Below, one piece after another: positions 12,601 through 26,500 of a stretch of 64,000 bases of DNA. The stretch's first letter is position 1. Every line of letters starts with the position of its first letter. Origin of the DNA: Eledone cirrhosa (lineage: Eukaryota); assembly GCA_964016885.1 (NCBI GenBank), contig OZ024743.1, positions 366,792,001 through 366,856,000 on the forward strand. The letters run 5' to 3'. The translations under genes were made by a program, and so were the position numbers. The notes under the pieces are model-generated. The model worked only from the letters and a program-made list of their open reading frames with translations, searched no databases and was not told the origin of the DNA.

Positions 12601-15600
12601 ATCCTCAAGCGAAACCAGCCAAGCTCAGGGGTCTACCCTTGGGTCTCTAACTGGTTGGTTTTGCCTGTAAAATCTGTTAGTCTATTCTTTCCTGAGACAT
12701 TCTAACCACATGCCCACAGTATCTCAGCTGTGATCTCTCAATTCAGAGTGACTCCCTGATCTCCAAGCTCCACACTCTATCAAGTAACGTTACTCTAAAG
12801 ACCTTCGAAGGAACCCCATTTCGGCCTCTTGTATTAGCAATTGTATTCTTTCAGTCATTACCCAAGATTCATGACCATAGGTAAGGGTTGGCATGAATAC
12901 CAAATTGAAGATAGCAAGTTTCACTTTTATGCCCACCGCCTTTCTAATTACCAAATGCTGAAGCTGGCGCATTACTGCACCAGCTCCAGCAATTCTTGCA
13001 CTTAATTCAGCTTACTGCCTTCCATCACTCGTGAGCATGGCCCCGAGATACTTGAACTTCTCCACCTGTTTCAGTGTAACTCCATTCACATGTAGAGTGT
13101 ACTGTGCAGGCTTCTTTGAGAGGACGGGCATCTCAGTTTTCGCAGCACTGATTTTCATTCCAAACATGCAGCACTTGGCATCAAACTTATCAAGGGCAAG
13201 TCGGAGATCATCTTCTGTTGAGTTATGTAACACCATGTTGTTAGCAAATTCCAGCCGACCAATTTTACACTCGCCAGTCATGATACCACTTCCACCCTGG
13301 ATGCATATGTCAATCATGTTCATGTAAATAATGAACAGGAGAGGTGACAGTACACACCCTTGGCGAAGTCCAACTCCCACATTGAATGGTTTTGATTTAT
13401 CCAAACGCAAATACTCAAGCATTCTTCAGGACAGCAAGAAGCTTATCATCAGTCCCATACTCCTGTACAACCTTCCACAGTAGGTCCTGAGGAATGCGTC
13501 ATACGCCTTTTCAAGATCAACAAAGCAAGAATATACCCCTCGGCAATATTCCTATGATTTCTCGAAGACCTTACTTTCTGAGTTGCAAAGAAAAAAATAT
13601 TAGTGGGATGTCTATTGTCGGAGTTATCATCATCATCATCATAATCATCTTCATTGTATGCTTACCTTCTAAGCTGGCATGGCTTGAATGGATCATTATA
13701 AATTAAGTCAGAGTTAGACAGGTTAGAGGACCACACATTGCTCATATGTACCAGGCTTTGGCCTGGTTTCTACAGCTGGATGCCCTTCCTAACACCAACC
13801 ACTTTAAAATTATTATTATATTGGCAGAATTGTTAAAGCTTTGGAAAAAATGTCTTGCATTATTTGTTCTAGCTTACTTAAAGAATTCAAATCCCACTGA
13901 GGTCAATTTTGCTTTTCATCCTTCCAGGGTCAATAAAATATTGCAGTTGATTTAATCAATTCCTCCCCCAGCCCAGAATTGTTGGCCTTGTGCATAAATT
14001 AGAAAACATCATCATCATTATCATCAAGTGTCGTTATCTAGCAGAATTCTGTGTGTCTTGGGTATGTGCGGTGTTGCTTTTGGTGTTGTTATTTCTATTG
14101 TGTACAGAGTACTTTTCACAATATGTGTGCAGGACCTAGTAGTGCTATTTTCTGTAAGCTGTGTATATTTGTAAGTTCTAGGGTTTTGGTTATGTATCTG
14201 GGAGAAAGACAGTCTCCCCCATATCGACCCAATAGAGGGACCAGCAGTGTTAGTCGAGGGGAGTATAATAAGTAAGGCAATCAAGGATATGAAGACGGGT
14301 AAGGCGGCTGGGCCTTCGGAAATAGTTGCTGAGATGCTGAAGGCATCTGGCACGGTGGGACACACCATGGTCACCCGCATAGTTAACCAAGTCGTACAGA
14401 ATGGGGTTGTTCCGAAGGACTGGCATAGCAGCATCATCGTTAACTGTTATAAGGGTAAAGGAGACGCCCTAGATAGGAGTAACTATAGAGGCATTAAATT
14501 AATCGACCAGGTCATGAAGGTCACGGAAAAAGTAATAGCGCAACTAATCAGAGAGAGAATTGACCTAGATGAAATGCAGTTCGGGTTTGTGTCAGGCAAA
14601 AGTACCACAGACGCTCTTTTCATAGTACGACAACTACAGGAGAAGTACCTAGCTAAAGGTAAACCCCTCTACTTAGCTTTTGTCGACTTGGAGAAAGCCT
14701 TCGACAGAGTCCCCCGCTCCATTATCTGGTGGGCTCTTAGAAAACTAGGCGTTGATGAATGGCTTGTGAGGGCTATACAAGCCATGTATAAAGAAACAGT
14801 CAGCAAGGTTAGAATTAACAACGAATATAGTGAAGAGTTTAGCGTAAAAGTTGGCGTCCATCAGGGCTCTGTTCTCAGCCCCTTACTATTTATTATTGCC
14901 CTTCAGGCTATAACAGAGGAGTTCAAGACAGGCTGCCCATGGGAACTCCTATACGCAGACGACCTGACACTCATAGCGGAATCAATGGCCGAGCTAGAGA
15001 AGAAATTCCAAACATGGAAGCACGGCCTAGAGTCAAAAGGACTTAAAATTAACCTGGCTAAGACCAAAGTACTAGTTTGTAGGAAAGAAAACAAGGCGGC
15101 GGTCCCTTCTGGGAAATGGTCGTGCTCGGTGTGTAGGAAAGGCGTAGGTAGAAACTCCATTTTATGTCCTAAATGCAAAGTATGGGTGCATAAAAGATGT
15201 AGTGGGATCACAGGTAAGCTAACTAAGAACATAGATTTTACATGTGGCCGGTGTTCTGGTGCAATAAGTAGCAGCAAGTGCCCACAAAATACTAGCTCTT
15301 TCAATTGCGCAGAGGGTTCTATAGAAATAGTGGACAGCTTCCGTTACCTGGGCGATAAAATCAGCAGTGGGGGAGGGTGCTCTGAAAGTACTGTAGCTAG
15401 AGTCAGAACTGGTTGGAAAAAGTTCAGAGAGCTTATACCACTATTAGCTGCTAAAGGGTTCTCCCTAAAAATGAAAGGCAGGTTGTACGATGCCTGCATA
15501 CGAACAGCAATGCTGCATGGCAGTGAGGCCTGGGCATTGTGTGCAGAGGATATACGCAGACTAGAGAGGAACGAAGCTTGCATGCTCCGCTGGATGTGTA

Positions 15601-17505
15601 ACAGTAATATACGTGAACGGCAAAGCATAAACGAACTAAGGAAAAAATTAGAGATAAGAGGGATCAGATGTTGTTTACTCGAGAGAAGGCTACGTTGGTA
15701 TGGACACGTGATGCGCATGAAAGTCGATAGCTGTATAACAAAGTGCAGGGCAATAAAGATAGACGGTAGTCACGGAATAGGCAGACCTAGAAAAACCTGG
15801 GACGAGCTGATAAACTCCGACATCACACACTTACACCTCTCCAAGACAATGTCACTGGACCGAGACCTTTGGCGGTACTCAGTAACAGAGAAGACCCGCC
15901 TTACCTAAATATATAGTAAAACCTACTCCAGCCAGTAGGCATCTCTAACAAAATACACCCCGTCCCACCACCACCACCCCCACCCCATCCACACCACCCC
16001 CGTTCTATGTAAAGTTATGTTGGTGCCGCGCCATCGAGGCCGAAACAAATGAGATCGTGTAGGTGTCACGACAAAAAAACACACAGTCCACGCTGTAATG
16101 TGGCCGTGTAGGCAACACGGTAAAAACCTCCCAGACCCACACTGTAAATGTGGTTGGTGTTAGGAAGGGCATCCAACTGTAGAAAACCTGCCAGACAGTC
16201 CTATGCGAGCAAGACAATCACTCTTGCCTCAAGTGGGACTACCCCCGTCCAAACCCATGCAAACGTGGAACACGGACGTTAAACGTTGATGATGATGATG
16301 ATGATGATCTGTCTATGTGCTTTTTTATCATTCGCAAATTAGGGATTGTTTCTGTTTTCCTCATCCAAATTCAGGTTATTTCTATCTCCAGATCTTTATA
16401 TTTGAATAATTTCTCCGTTTCCTTGATAGATATATTGTCTGTGGGGATAAAAATATCAATTAGAAGACATTTTTCTTTGTGGTCTTTGACTATAATATCT
16501 GGTTGGTTGGCTTTCATCTTCCTTATGATTGCTTTGTCATTCTGAGACACCTTTTCTAGAGTATGTCTGTAACACTTCTTTTTCTGTTGATATTTTGTAG
16601 TGTTGGCCTAACTTCCAGTGTATGTAAATCCATGTACTGTTTGCAGCAGTGTTTCAAATTGTCTCTTGTCTGCTTTAGATTGTCAATATAGAGGAGAGAT
16701 TTAATTTTCTTGCCAAAGTATTTATAACCAAGTCCAGTCCTGTTTAGTATTTTAGATAATAGTGTTAATGTTAGACAGAAGAGGATGGTGAAAGGGAATC
16801 CCCTTAAAATATCCCTCTATTAATTGGGATGAGCTCAGTTTTTATAAATCCATCTTTTATTTTCATTTGCAGAACTATTTGCTTCAAACTCATGTCAACA
16901 ACAGCAATGCCACCGCCACTGTCATCGTTTTAATCCTGGACATTTATATCATTTTTGTCTATATAAATACTAAACTTTAATACTTGGTGATATTTTCTAG
17001 TTAAACTATGGAATTTCTATGGGGTTAATTATTTTGAAAGTCAATCTGAATAAGCTTCTTGCTTATGTTGTTTACAACAGTCTATGAGAAAGTTTTTTCA
17101 ATTTGCAGACAACATATACATTTAATGTGCATAATAGCTGACCACGAACACCAACACTCTAAATACAGACATTTAATGTAAACAATGAAAAAACAAAAAC
17201 AATTACTTACTTCTTTATAACTTGTATGGAACTCTTCTGCTAATTTTGAGAGCATTTCAGTAGAACTGTGGGCAGTGTTAGATTTCTGAAGTTCATCTTG
17301 AGAATAAAGTGGATAATTTTAAATGAATTTTTTTGTTTTTAACACAAATTCATATTTCTATTTTTTCCTGAAAATTTATAACAAGACAACGTTCTAACCG
17401 AAAAAAGATGAACATTTTAATTCATTTTGGCACATGGAGACATATCAAAAATAAAACTGATGAGGAGAATGTTGTATAGTGGTGATGGTGATGTTGATAG
17501 ATAGA

Positions 17506-17545
<40 letters not shown>

Positions 17546-20500
17546 CATAATGGTTTCTGATTTGGACACAAAGCCAACAGTTTTGGGTGAGGGAAAATAT
17601 GATTAAATCGACTCCAGTACTGGTACTTTATTTTATTGACCCTGTAAGGATGAAAGGCAGAGCTAACCTTGGCAGGATTTGAACTCAGAATGAAAAGGGC
17701 CATAACTCTATGCCAAGAAAGGTGTTGTACAATGCTCTACCGATATTGCCAATCTATCGCTCTTAGTAGTAGTAATAGTAGTAATAATAATAATTGTTTC
17801 TACTTTAGGCACAAGGCCAGCAATTACCCAGTGCATTACTGGTACTTTAATTACTGGTAATAATAATAATAATAAATAAAGAAGTAAGATGAAGAAATTT
17901 AAGACATTTTAAGACATTTTATGTTTTACACATATTTTGTAGACCTCCAGTGGTGGGCCCCAGAAACTGATCACTGATCAAGCGAATGACAACAATCTGA
18001 GACAGCAACAGCAAATTAACAGTATATTTATCCGAGCATTTTATACAAGTTTCATAATGCATTCTTGATGACTGTACCCTCTTCAAGGCAGGCATTACAC
18101 GATGTCTTACTACATAGCATCATTGTGCTGCAACTGAATGTTGAAGGCATCACCAAAGCCATGGTGAACCTCATTGAATACATTCAGAGCAGTTCTACTT
18201 CAAGAGAGGCATACTACTGATAGTTCTCGACTAAAGATCCCTGGTTTCACCTTAGCTGCACACACTGTGAGTGACATCCATGGCATTGCCACCTTTGTCA
18301 GAAATACAGTCAAGTAGAAAGCATTAACCTCCTCCTCATCAGACTGAACTGTGGAATGGGCAGCAACCCAATTGAAGGGGTTACTGTTGTGAATGTCTAC
18401 AAACCCCATCTCATCATGATTTCTGACAGACTTCTCTCTGTTTTTGATACACCCTGCATTTATTCTGGCAATTTCAATAACCAGCTACAGGATCACCAAT
18501 CTAGATGATATTGCACTAGAAAATTGTCCTCGATAGTTGGACTGCAACTGCTGTTCAACCCTAAACAGTCGAACAGTTTCCATGGAATACAACTTCAAAT
18601 CCTGACCTTGCCTTTGCTAATCTGATAGGCCCATCCTCACATCACATAATTCTGGACCCCTTTCCAAAATCACAACACTGATGTTTCCTATCATTCCAGA
18701 TAATCCAATCAAGCAAATTCTAACCAAATCAGTCAAATGATGGAATTTCCGCAAGGCCAACTGGGAACGTTAGTACTTATTAGAGTCCATTTGTCTCGTT
18801 ATCTCACAAGCAAATAGTCAATTTGGCATTTGTGTTTGCCTGATTGATATGAGATCAGGTGGCTAGCTGGTTATATATATATATAAAGTATATGTGAGAG
18901 AGAGAAGTAGTTTTATACATACCATAAGGAGAATTCAGCATGGCAGCAGTAGTTTGTGTGGCAACATAGTGTACTATGCAGATCAACATATAAACATATG
19001 AAATTAGCTCAGCTTTTCCATTCATGTAAGAGGCTGTTAGGAGTAAATAAAAAAAATACAGCTTAAAAATTTCACATTTCAAGTTTTAATCTTATATTAT
19101 TCTTAACAAAGCCTACAGAACTCAGGGCATGATGTGAGTTAGCAGGAGGAGAGTTATCAAAAAACAATGTGGAAGCAGTAGAGAGGGCATCAAGTTGGCT
19201 ATGGCTGAAGAGAAGTGACCAGAGAGATCAGTCATGTGAATGTCTCTTCGACACATACTGAGGCTTGATCAAATTTGGTTGGGTCACCTGAACAAGGATG
19301 TACATTATATGGCTTGAAGCACCCAATGACTCCAGGAGTCAACACTAATGATGTGTCCAAAGTTTTGCATCTGTGGATATGTGAAGAAATCTGCATGAAA
19401 ATACTGATTTCTGTCACATCATTAAATTAATACCAAGCTTGAAATGAGGCCAGAGTAGTTGTGTCTCAGTCCACAACTACGCTGGTTATACCCTAATCCT
19501 TGTCAAAAGTTTACAAGAAAAAAAAACTTCTTCAAAGCTTACAGGATTTATATAATTGAATTTTTAAATCAATTCTCTATTTTTCTTTTAAATATAACTA
19601 GCAAAAATCAGTTCTACAGATAAGATACCTTTTTTCCATACAAAACTTTTTACAAAAATTCACTGGTCCCAATAATAGACTCATGAAGATTTTTTAAACT
19701 ATCTGAGACAACTTTGAAAACAACTGATCATAAACAAAATACTGGATGTATACATAGGAAATAGAAAAGACACAAAAGTAGATTGAGGCTGTTCAGGTAT
19801 AGATCTAAGCATTGTATGCATTGGGGAATATGATAAAAAGTTTCTATTAATGGAAAATTTTGAGATTAATACAAGTTCAAAATTTACAATTGTAAAGGAG
19901 GGAGAGAAATGGAAGATGGCACCAGTTGGATGCTTTCATATTTTTTAGATAAATATATTTGGATAGTGGCAGGTGGTAGTTTTATGAGAATAGGGGAGAA
20001 TTAAGAGCAGAGTTTTTTTTTAAATGTCTTCAAGACTTGTCACTATGTTGAAATGAATATTTGTCATACTTAGTGGAATAGATCTGGATGATTGAGAAAC
20101 ATTAAATGAGATTTGTATGTGTAAAAGATGAAATGGAAGCCCAGTCCCAATCAATGGTTTTTATTTCAAGGAAGGAAAGCTCCTCATCTCATTTTAATGA
20201 TCAACTCTCTTCTTAAATAACTCTGTTACTGTACATATTGGATGTCACTTGTATTACAAAATTCATATTAAAAAGACCTAAGATATCTCTATAGAGCAAT
20301 AAATAACTTCCACTAGAAGAGGCTGTTTTTCAAATGTTTTTACACTGCCTGAATATACTCTTTAGGAATACTGGGATGGTACTCCTACTTTGATTGCTGC
20401 CATCTTAGGCCCCAGTGAAAAATATAACCATTTATCAACAATTAATTCTATTAATTCTAGACATACAGCCAAACTAGAAGAATATTGCATGTAATGGTAA

Positions 20501-23500
20501 TTTCCAAGTTGTGATATTTGCATTCACTTTCAATAAAATATAACAACATATCAGTAACAAAAGAACATTGTGAAACTGTTTTGTTATACATACTTTTACA
20601 TAAGAGAAACAATATCCAACATAGTTTCTTTTTGGACTGGACAGTTTCTGATTTGAATTTTTGGTTTCTGAAATACATAGTTTGTATTTTGAATAAAAAT
20701 ACAACAGCCAACTTCAAAACAATATATGTATATATTTATATATGTGCATGCATGTATATCGGGATGAAGCAAACATCTTGTGGTCTCTGGTATGCTCCAC
20801 TTCTCCCCCTTCTCCTTCCATACACCTCCGATGTCTTAACACTCCACCCTTCACCAGCTGAGTACCCCACACCATCCTAGACCTACCTCTCCAATCTCCA
20901 CCCCATATAAATGTACCCCCCTTTCCACATCTGATATACAACTCTTGACCAACCCACGCATACAAGCATGAAAAGTTGGACACACTCTCCCATAATGCTG
21001 TTAAAATGGTGAAGCTGATCATGCTGGTGACACAATAAAGCCCCTAGTCCACCATGTAAGGTGCTCATGCTGTAAGGTGACATGACAAAAGAGCACTCAG
21101 TCCTCCCTGTGAGGCGGTTGTGCTGGTAACACACAAAAATCATCCAGTCCACTCTGTAAAGTGGTTGTTTTGGTGATACAGCAGAAGGTAACCAGTGGCG
21201 TAATGGTGACAGAACAAAAAAGCACCCTGTCCTCCCTATAAAGCGGCCATGTTAGTGGCACGACAGGAGGCACCGACTACACCCTGTAAAGTGGTCACGT
21301 TGGTGACATGATAAAATGCACTCTGTCCAACCTGTCAGTTGGTCATGTATTACTTTTCTCTTGCCTATCTAGTGTCATGGGGGTGCTACAAAGTGGAGCA
21401 GTGGACCACCTTCCTCTATCAATCTATGTTGCAGGCTAACACTTGCTTTGTTGAAAAGACTTTATCACTCCATTCTTTGATGTTAATCACCCATTTCTTC
21501 TTCAGACAACCTTGACTTCTTTTCCCCTGAACTGTTCCTTGGAGGATGGTTTTGGTCGACACATCAGATATTGTCATGTCACTGCACCATCTCGTTTATT
21601 TTTTTCTTTACAATGGTTAGCAAGTCTTCATAGTTGCTCACATGTTATCTGATTGCTTTTATTGCTTATGTGTTCCATATAAGAGATGCTCACGATTAAA
21701 TATAAACACATTAGAACAGTTTGTATCATAGAATCAGGGGCAGTTTCAGGCAGTTTCATATAAAAAGGAATAGTGAATAATGACAGGCCTAAAAAGAAGT
21801 TGTTCATTATCAGCTGAATCAGGTTTATGTTTCTGATTTAAGAATTGTCTAAGACCATTGAAAAATCTTTGCATTGTTTGCGTTTCAATATTGTGAGTTT
21901 CATAAGCTTAGTCTTGGGGGACCAAAGTATGGAGGGTAAATTAATACCAATGAGACTAATTGAAGAAAAACTAATACAAGTTGTAACAGACATCTCAATG
22001 ATTAAAGATGTTGAAACAACTGTAGTCTGGAAAAACTCCATGCATGTATGAACTTCATATAAAGACAGGAGACGCTATCCTGTTTCTCATGAAGTAGAGC
22101 CTAAAATTGTTGATGTTTGTCATGTAACCAAAATGGAGATATTTTCAAAATGCAAATTTTGTTGTTTTAAAAATGCTTTCATTAAAGGAAAATATGTTCC
22201 TGTTTTTGAAATGGTGTAAATTGTGTAAAAACAAAGAACTACTTTCAATTATTTTGTAGCTTTAAAAAGTAAAGTGTGGAATATGGAGAACAATTTGAAG
22301 GTGAATGTCCAGAGATAAGAAAATTACAGAGACTTTGCTGTAAGGATTGAAAATACAATCTTCTAGCTAGTTACCTTTCTTTGGAGAGAAAAAAATAGAG
22401 AGACTAATACAACGGGTGCAGGAAAGTGAAAAAAAAAAAATAATAGGTAAAAGTGTAATGTAGAATATTGAGTGCGGAGTGAGAGGTAGGGAAAGGATAG
22501 TATAATTTGTGTGGGAGAGGAGTGATGTAGGAGGGAGTAAAGAGAGAGAGACAGATAGTAACTGTTTGTAGCAAAAACCAGGTTAGTTGAAATGGAAAGG
22601 AGGTGGTGATGACTAGGTCAAATTAAGTCTAAAGTGAGAATACCAGGTAAACAAGATAAGAAAATAGACATAGGCACAAAGTCAGAGGAAGCAGCAGGAG
22701 AATTGGTGTCAGGAAAGTACATAAGGAATTTTGAGAAATGCTAAGAATTGAAAAAAAAAAATTAGGAAAGGGAGACAGACAAGTGTAGTGGCTTTACACA
22801 AGATGTAAGGAGAATGCAGAGGGTTGAAATAATTGTTTCTACTTTTGGCACAAGGCCAGCAATTACCCAGTGTATTACTAGTACTTTATTTTATCGACCC
22901 CCGTAAGGATGAAAGGCAAAGTTAACCTCGGCGGGATTTGAACTCAGAATGGCAAGGGCCGTAACTCTATGCGTCAAAGCATGGCGCCCCACTCTCTACC
23001 GATACTGCCAATCCACGTTGAAATAATGATTTCTAATTTTGGCACAAGGCCAGAAATTTAGAGGAAAGGAAAGTTAATTATATTGACCTCCAATACTTCA
23101 CTGAAATTTTATTTTATCGACTTTGGAAGGATGAAAAGCAAAGTTGATCTCGACAGGATTTAAACTCAGAAGATAAAGAGCTGGAACAAATACTGCTAAG
23201 CATTTGTATGATACTCTAATGACACTGCCAACCCACCACCTTCGAAGGTTGAAATAATAAAAATAGAATAGTGAGCAATGTGCAATAACTGCAAGAAAGG
23301 ATTTATAGCAGCATAGTATATAGTATATATAGTGAATATATACAGTGAATGCACAAACTATACAAAACACAAGATAAAAATTGTTAAAAGATAGTAAAAA
23401 TATGAGTGTAAGTTAGCATACTGTCTACAAGAATTGCATGTATGCTACACATAGTGTATCAGTATGATGCACTATGTGTACCAAAACAACACACACAAAC

Positions 23501-26500
23501 AAATATAGGCCATAAGCCAACAAAAACAGTCAAAGGGATAAAGGAGATGAGAGTAGATGGTAGAATCAGAGGAAGTTGAGGCATTGAAGCCATTATAAGA
23601 GTGTTAAATGTAGAGAATGCATAAGAGGAAGATAGTCTGCCCTAAGTAGATCCAACAGAAAGACCAATCATCCAAGTTAGCAGCAGTGTGGTAAAACAAT
23701 TAAGGATATGAAGAAGAGTAAAGCAGCTGAACCACCAAAGTTGCTAAGATGTTGAAAGCACCTGGGATGGTGGGTCACACTTTAACCACATGTATTATTA
23801 ACGAAGTAATACAGTATGATGTAATACCCAATGACTAGCACAGCAGCTGCATCATCAACAGCTACAAGGGCAAGGGAGATACACAAGACAGGAGTTAACC
23901 CTTTAACATTTGCATTACTCCATATATACTATTGTATTTTCAGAGTAAAGGCTTTACCTCACATAATATTGAATCTATGAGATTTTGATATTATTTACTT
24001 TGAGAACAATAACTTAACATCAGTATGAGTGGCCAGTTACAGCTGCTTAGAACAGAAAGAGGTGAGAGAATTCTGGCCTGATATGGCCCATTTAAATGTT
24101 AAAGGGTTAATGGACCAGGTCATGAAAATTACAGAAAGAATTATAGCACAACTAATTAGGGATCAAGATAACCTAGACAAGAGTCAGTTTGGCTTTATAC
24201 CAGGTATAGGTACAACTGATGCGCTCTTCCTGATGAGACAAGTACGGGAAAAGTACTTAGCTAAGAGTAAGCCCCTCTATCTGGCACTTGTTGACCTCGT
24301 GTAAGCCTTTGATAGAATAACTTGCTCCATAATCTGATGGGCTCTTAGGAAACCTTGGATAGATCAATGGCTTATGAGGACTGGAGAAGACATATACAGG
24401 GGTGCAGTCAACAAACGGTAAAAGTTAACAATGAATGCTGGTGAGAGTCTACCAGTGTCTGTCCTCATCCTCCAGGCCATAATAGAGGAGTTTAAGACTA
24501 GCTGCCCACTTTACAACGATAAAATGCACCCAGTACAAATTTTGAAATAGTTGGCATTAGGAGGGACATCCAGTTGTAGAAATCATGCCAAAAATGCAAT
24601 GTACGAGCAAGACACAGTCATCTGATATATTTGGCCTTAGAATGTGACTCTACAGTGCCAAAATGACAGTAAAAACAAATAGTGTACAATATCAAATGGA
24701 CTACATCCCAAAATTGTGTACATCACCAAACTATCTACAATAGCAAATTATGTATACCACCAAATTGTTAACACATTTACATCACCAAATTGCCTTCAGT
24801 TCCATATTGTCTAAATTTTATACAAGTAATCATTTATATGTCTTGCCAGTAATAAATCAGTTTTCACCAGACACTAACTTCCAAAAGGTTCATATATTAA
24901 ATGTTTGAACCCCAGAAACAATGGAAAGCATCAGAAAAAATTATATACTTACATTAGATTTTTGGTGTTCTGTTTGAAAACATGGGGAAATATTCTGTTG
25001 AAACAAATCAATGAGAAAAATTATCAAAATGTAATTACATAATATTAAAACAGACATAGGGAAAATGCAAAGTAAAGTAAATTGGTTTTAAGCATAATTA
25101 CAGATAAAAAAATTATTAAAGAAATAATTAATAAGTTTTAGAACTATTTAATTTTGCTGGAGTGTTGTAACACAAACTGACCTTAAAACACAACTTTTAT
25201 GCAAGTGCAAAAACGTGGTGGGATATTTTAAACATTTATAAAGCTAAATTGTCTAGGGAATTTCAACTATTTGATTATCACTGAAAATAATGAAAGTGAT
25301 CTCAAACTCTTGATTTCATAGAAGTTCCTAAAACTAAACAAATAATTTGATTACCTTTGGAATAATGCAAACATAGGTGATGTGACAAGATATTTTTTCT
25401 TTAGCTGTTGTAAGTGAGTAGTAACAGCTGGGCTTGGATTTTGAACTTCTTGTAAATGTGACATATAGAAGAAAAAATCTTTTACTCTGCAAAAACAATA
25501 CAATTTTTTTTAAAGGTAAAACAGATTAGAACTAAAAGAAAATAAACAATACAAAATTTGATACTTTTTGATGAAGATGAAGATACTGAGGATAAGTAAA
25601 ATGGGGAGAGAAACCATGAAATGGTTGATTCATAGGGGGGCTGAGCTGTAACTAAAAAAAATTTGTTTTATAGCATCTGTCAAAGACTCACTGCTAGATA
25701 TTTCAATATGGTAGAGTTACACAGAAACACAATAAAGTAGACTATCAGTAAAATAGATCACTGCTCCCCAATTACTGGGCCACACAGAAAGAACAAAAAC
25801 ATTTTTTTCCATTTATTGACTATAGTGGCCTACCGGATGTTTTAATTTGAAAAATGACAACTTCTGTTTGTGCCTCTTTTCCACACTTTTTATAATTATA
25901 TAATATGTACTTTATAGTTTATTGTTTTGTTATGCACGTGACTGACAACCCCTCAACCCATGGAGAAATTGTCTTGCATGACACCAGTTCATGGTGCAAA
26001 AGAGTTGTGGACCTCTGATCTAAATCATAGATGTATATTGAAAGGTTCTGATTATATATATATATATATACATACACATTAGACTGTGACCAGGCTGGAG
26101 CACTACATTGATTTAGTTGAACATATCAACCCCAGTACAATTTTTTTCCAGTCTGGTATTTATTTTATCAATATCTCTTTTGTTGAATCACTAAGTTACA
26201 GGACATAATCATCAACACAAACATGATAGGAGACATGCATATACATACACACATATATATGATGAGCTTCTGCATTTTCCTTCATCCAAATTCCTAACAC
26301 AATAGCCACTTAAGGCTATAGCAGAAACACTTGCCCAGGACGCCACACAGTGAGATGGCACCCAAAACCATGTGATTGTAAAGCAAACTCCTTAACCACA
26401 CACCGATATATATATATATATACAGAGAGAGAGAGAGAGAGAGAGAAACAGGTCAGTAGCTCAGTACAAACTGAGTTTGTGAAAACCCACCAAACTCTTG

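Noticed and set aside
17297-17367. Alternative upstream CAG acceptor for the 17211-17296 exon
   Set aside because: It would shift the frame and introduce a TAA stop
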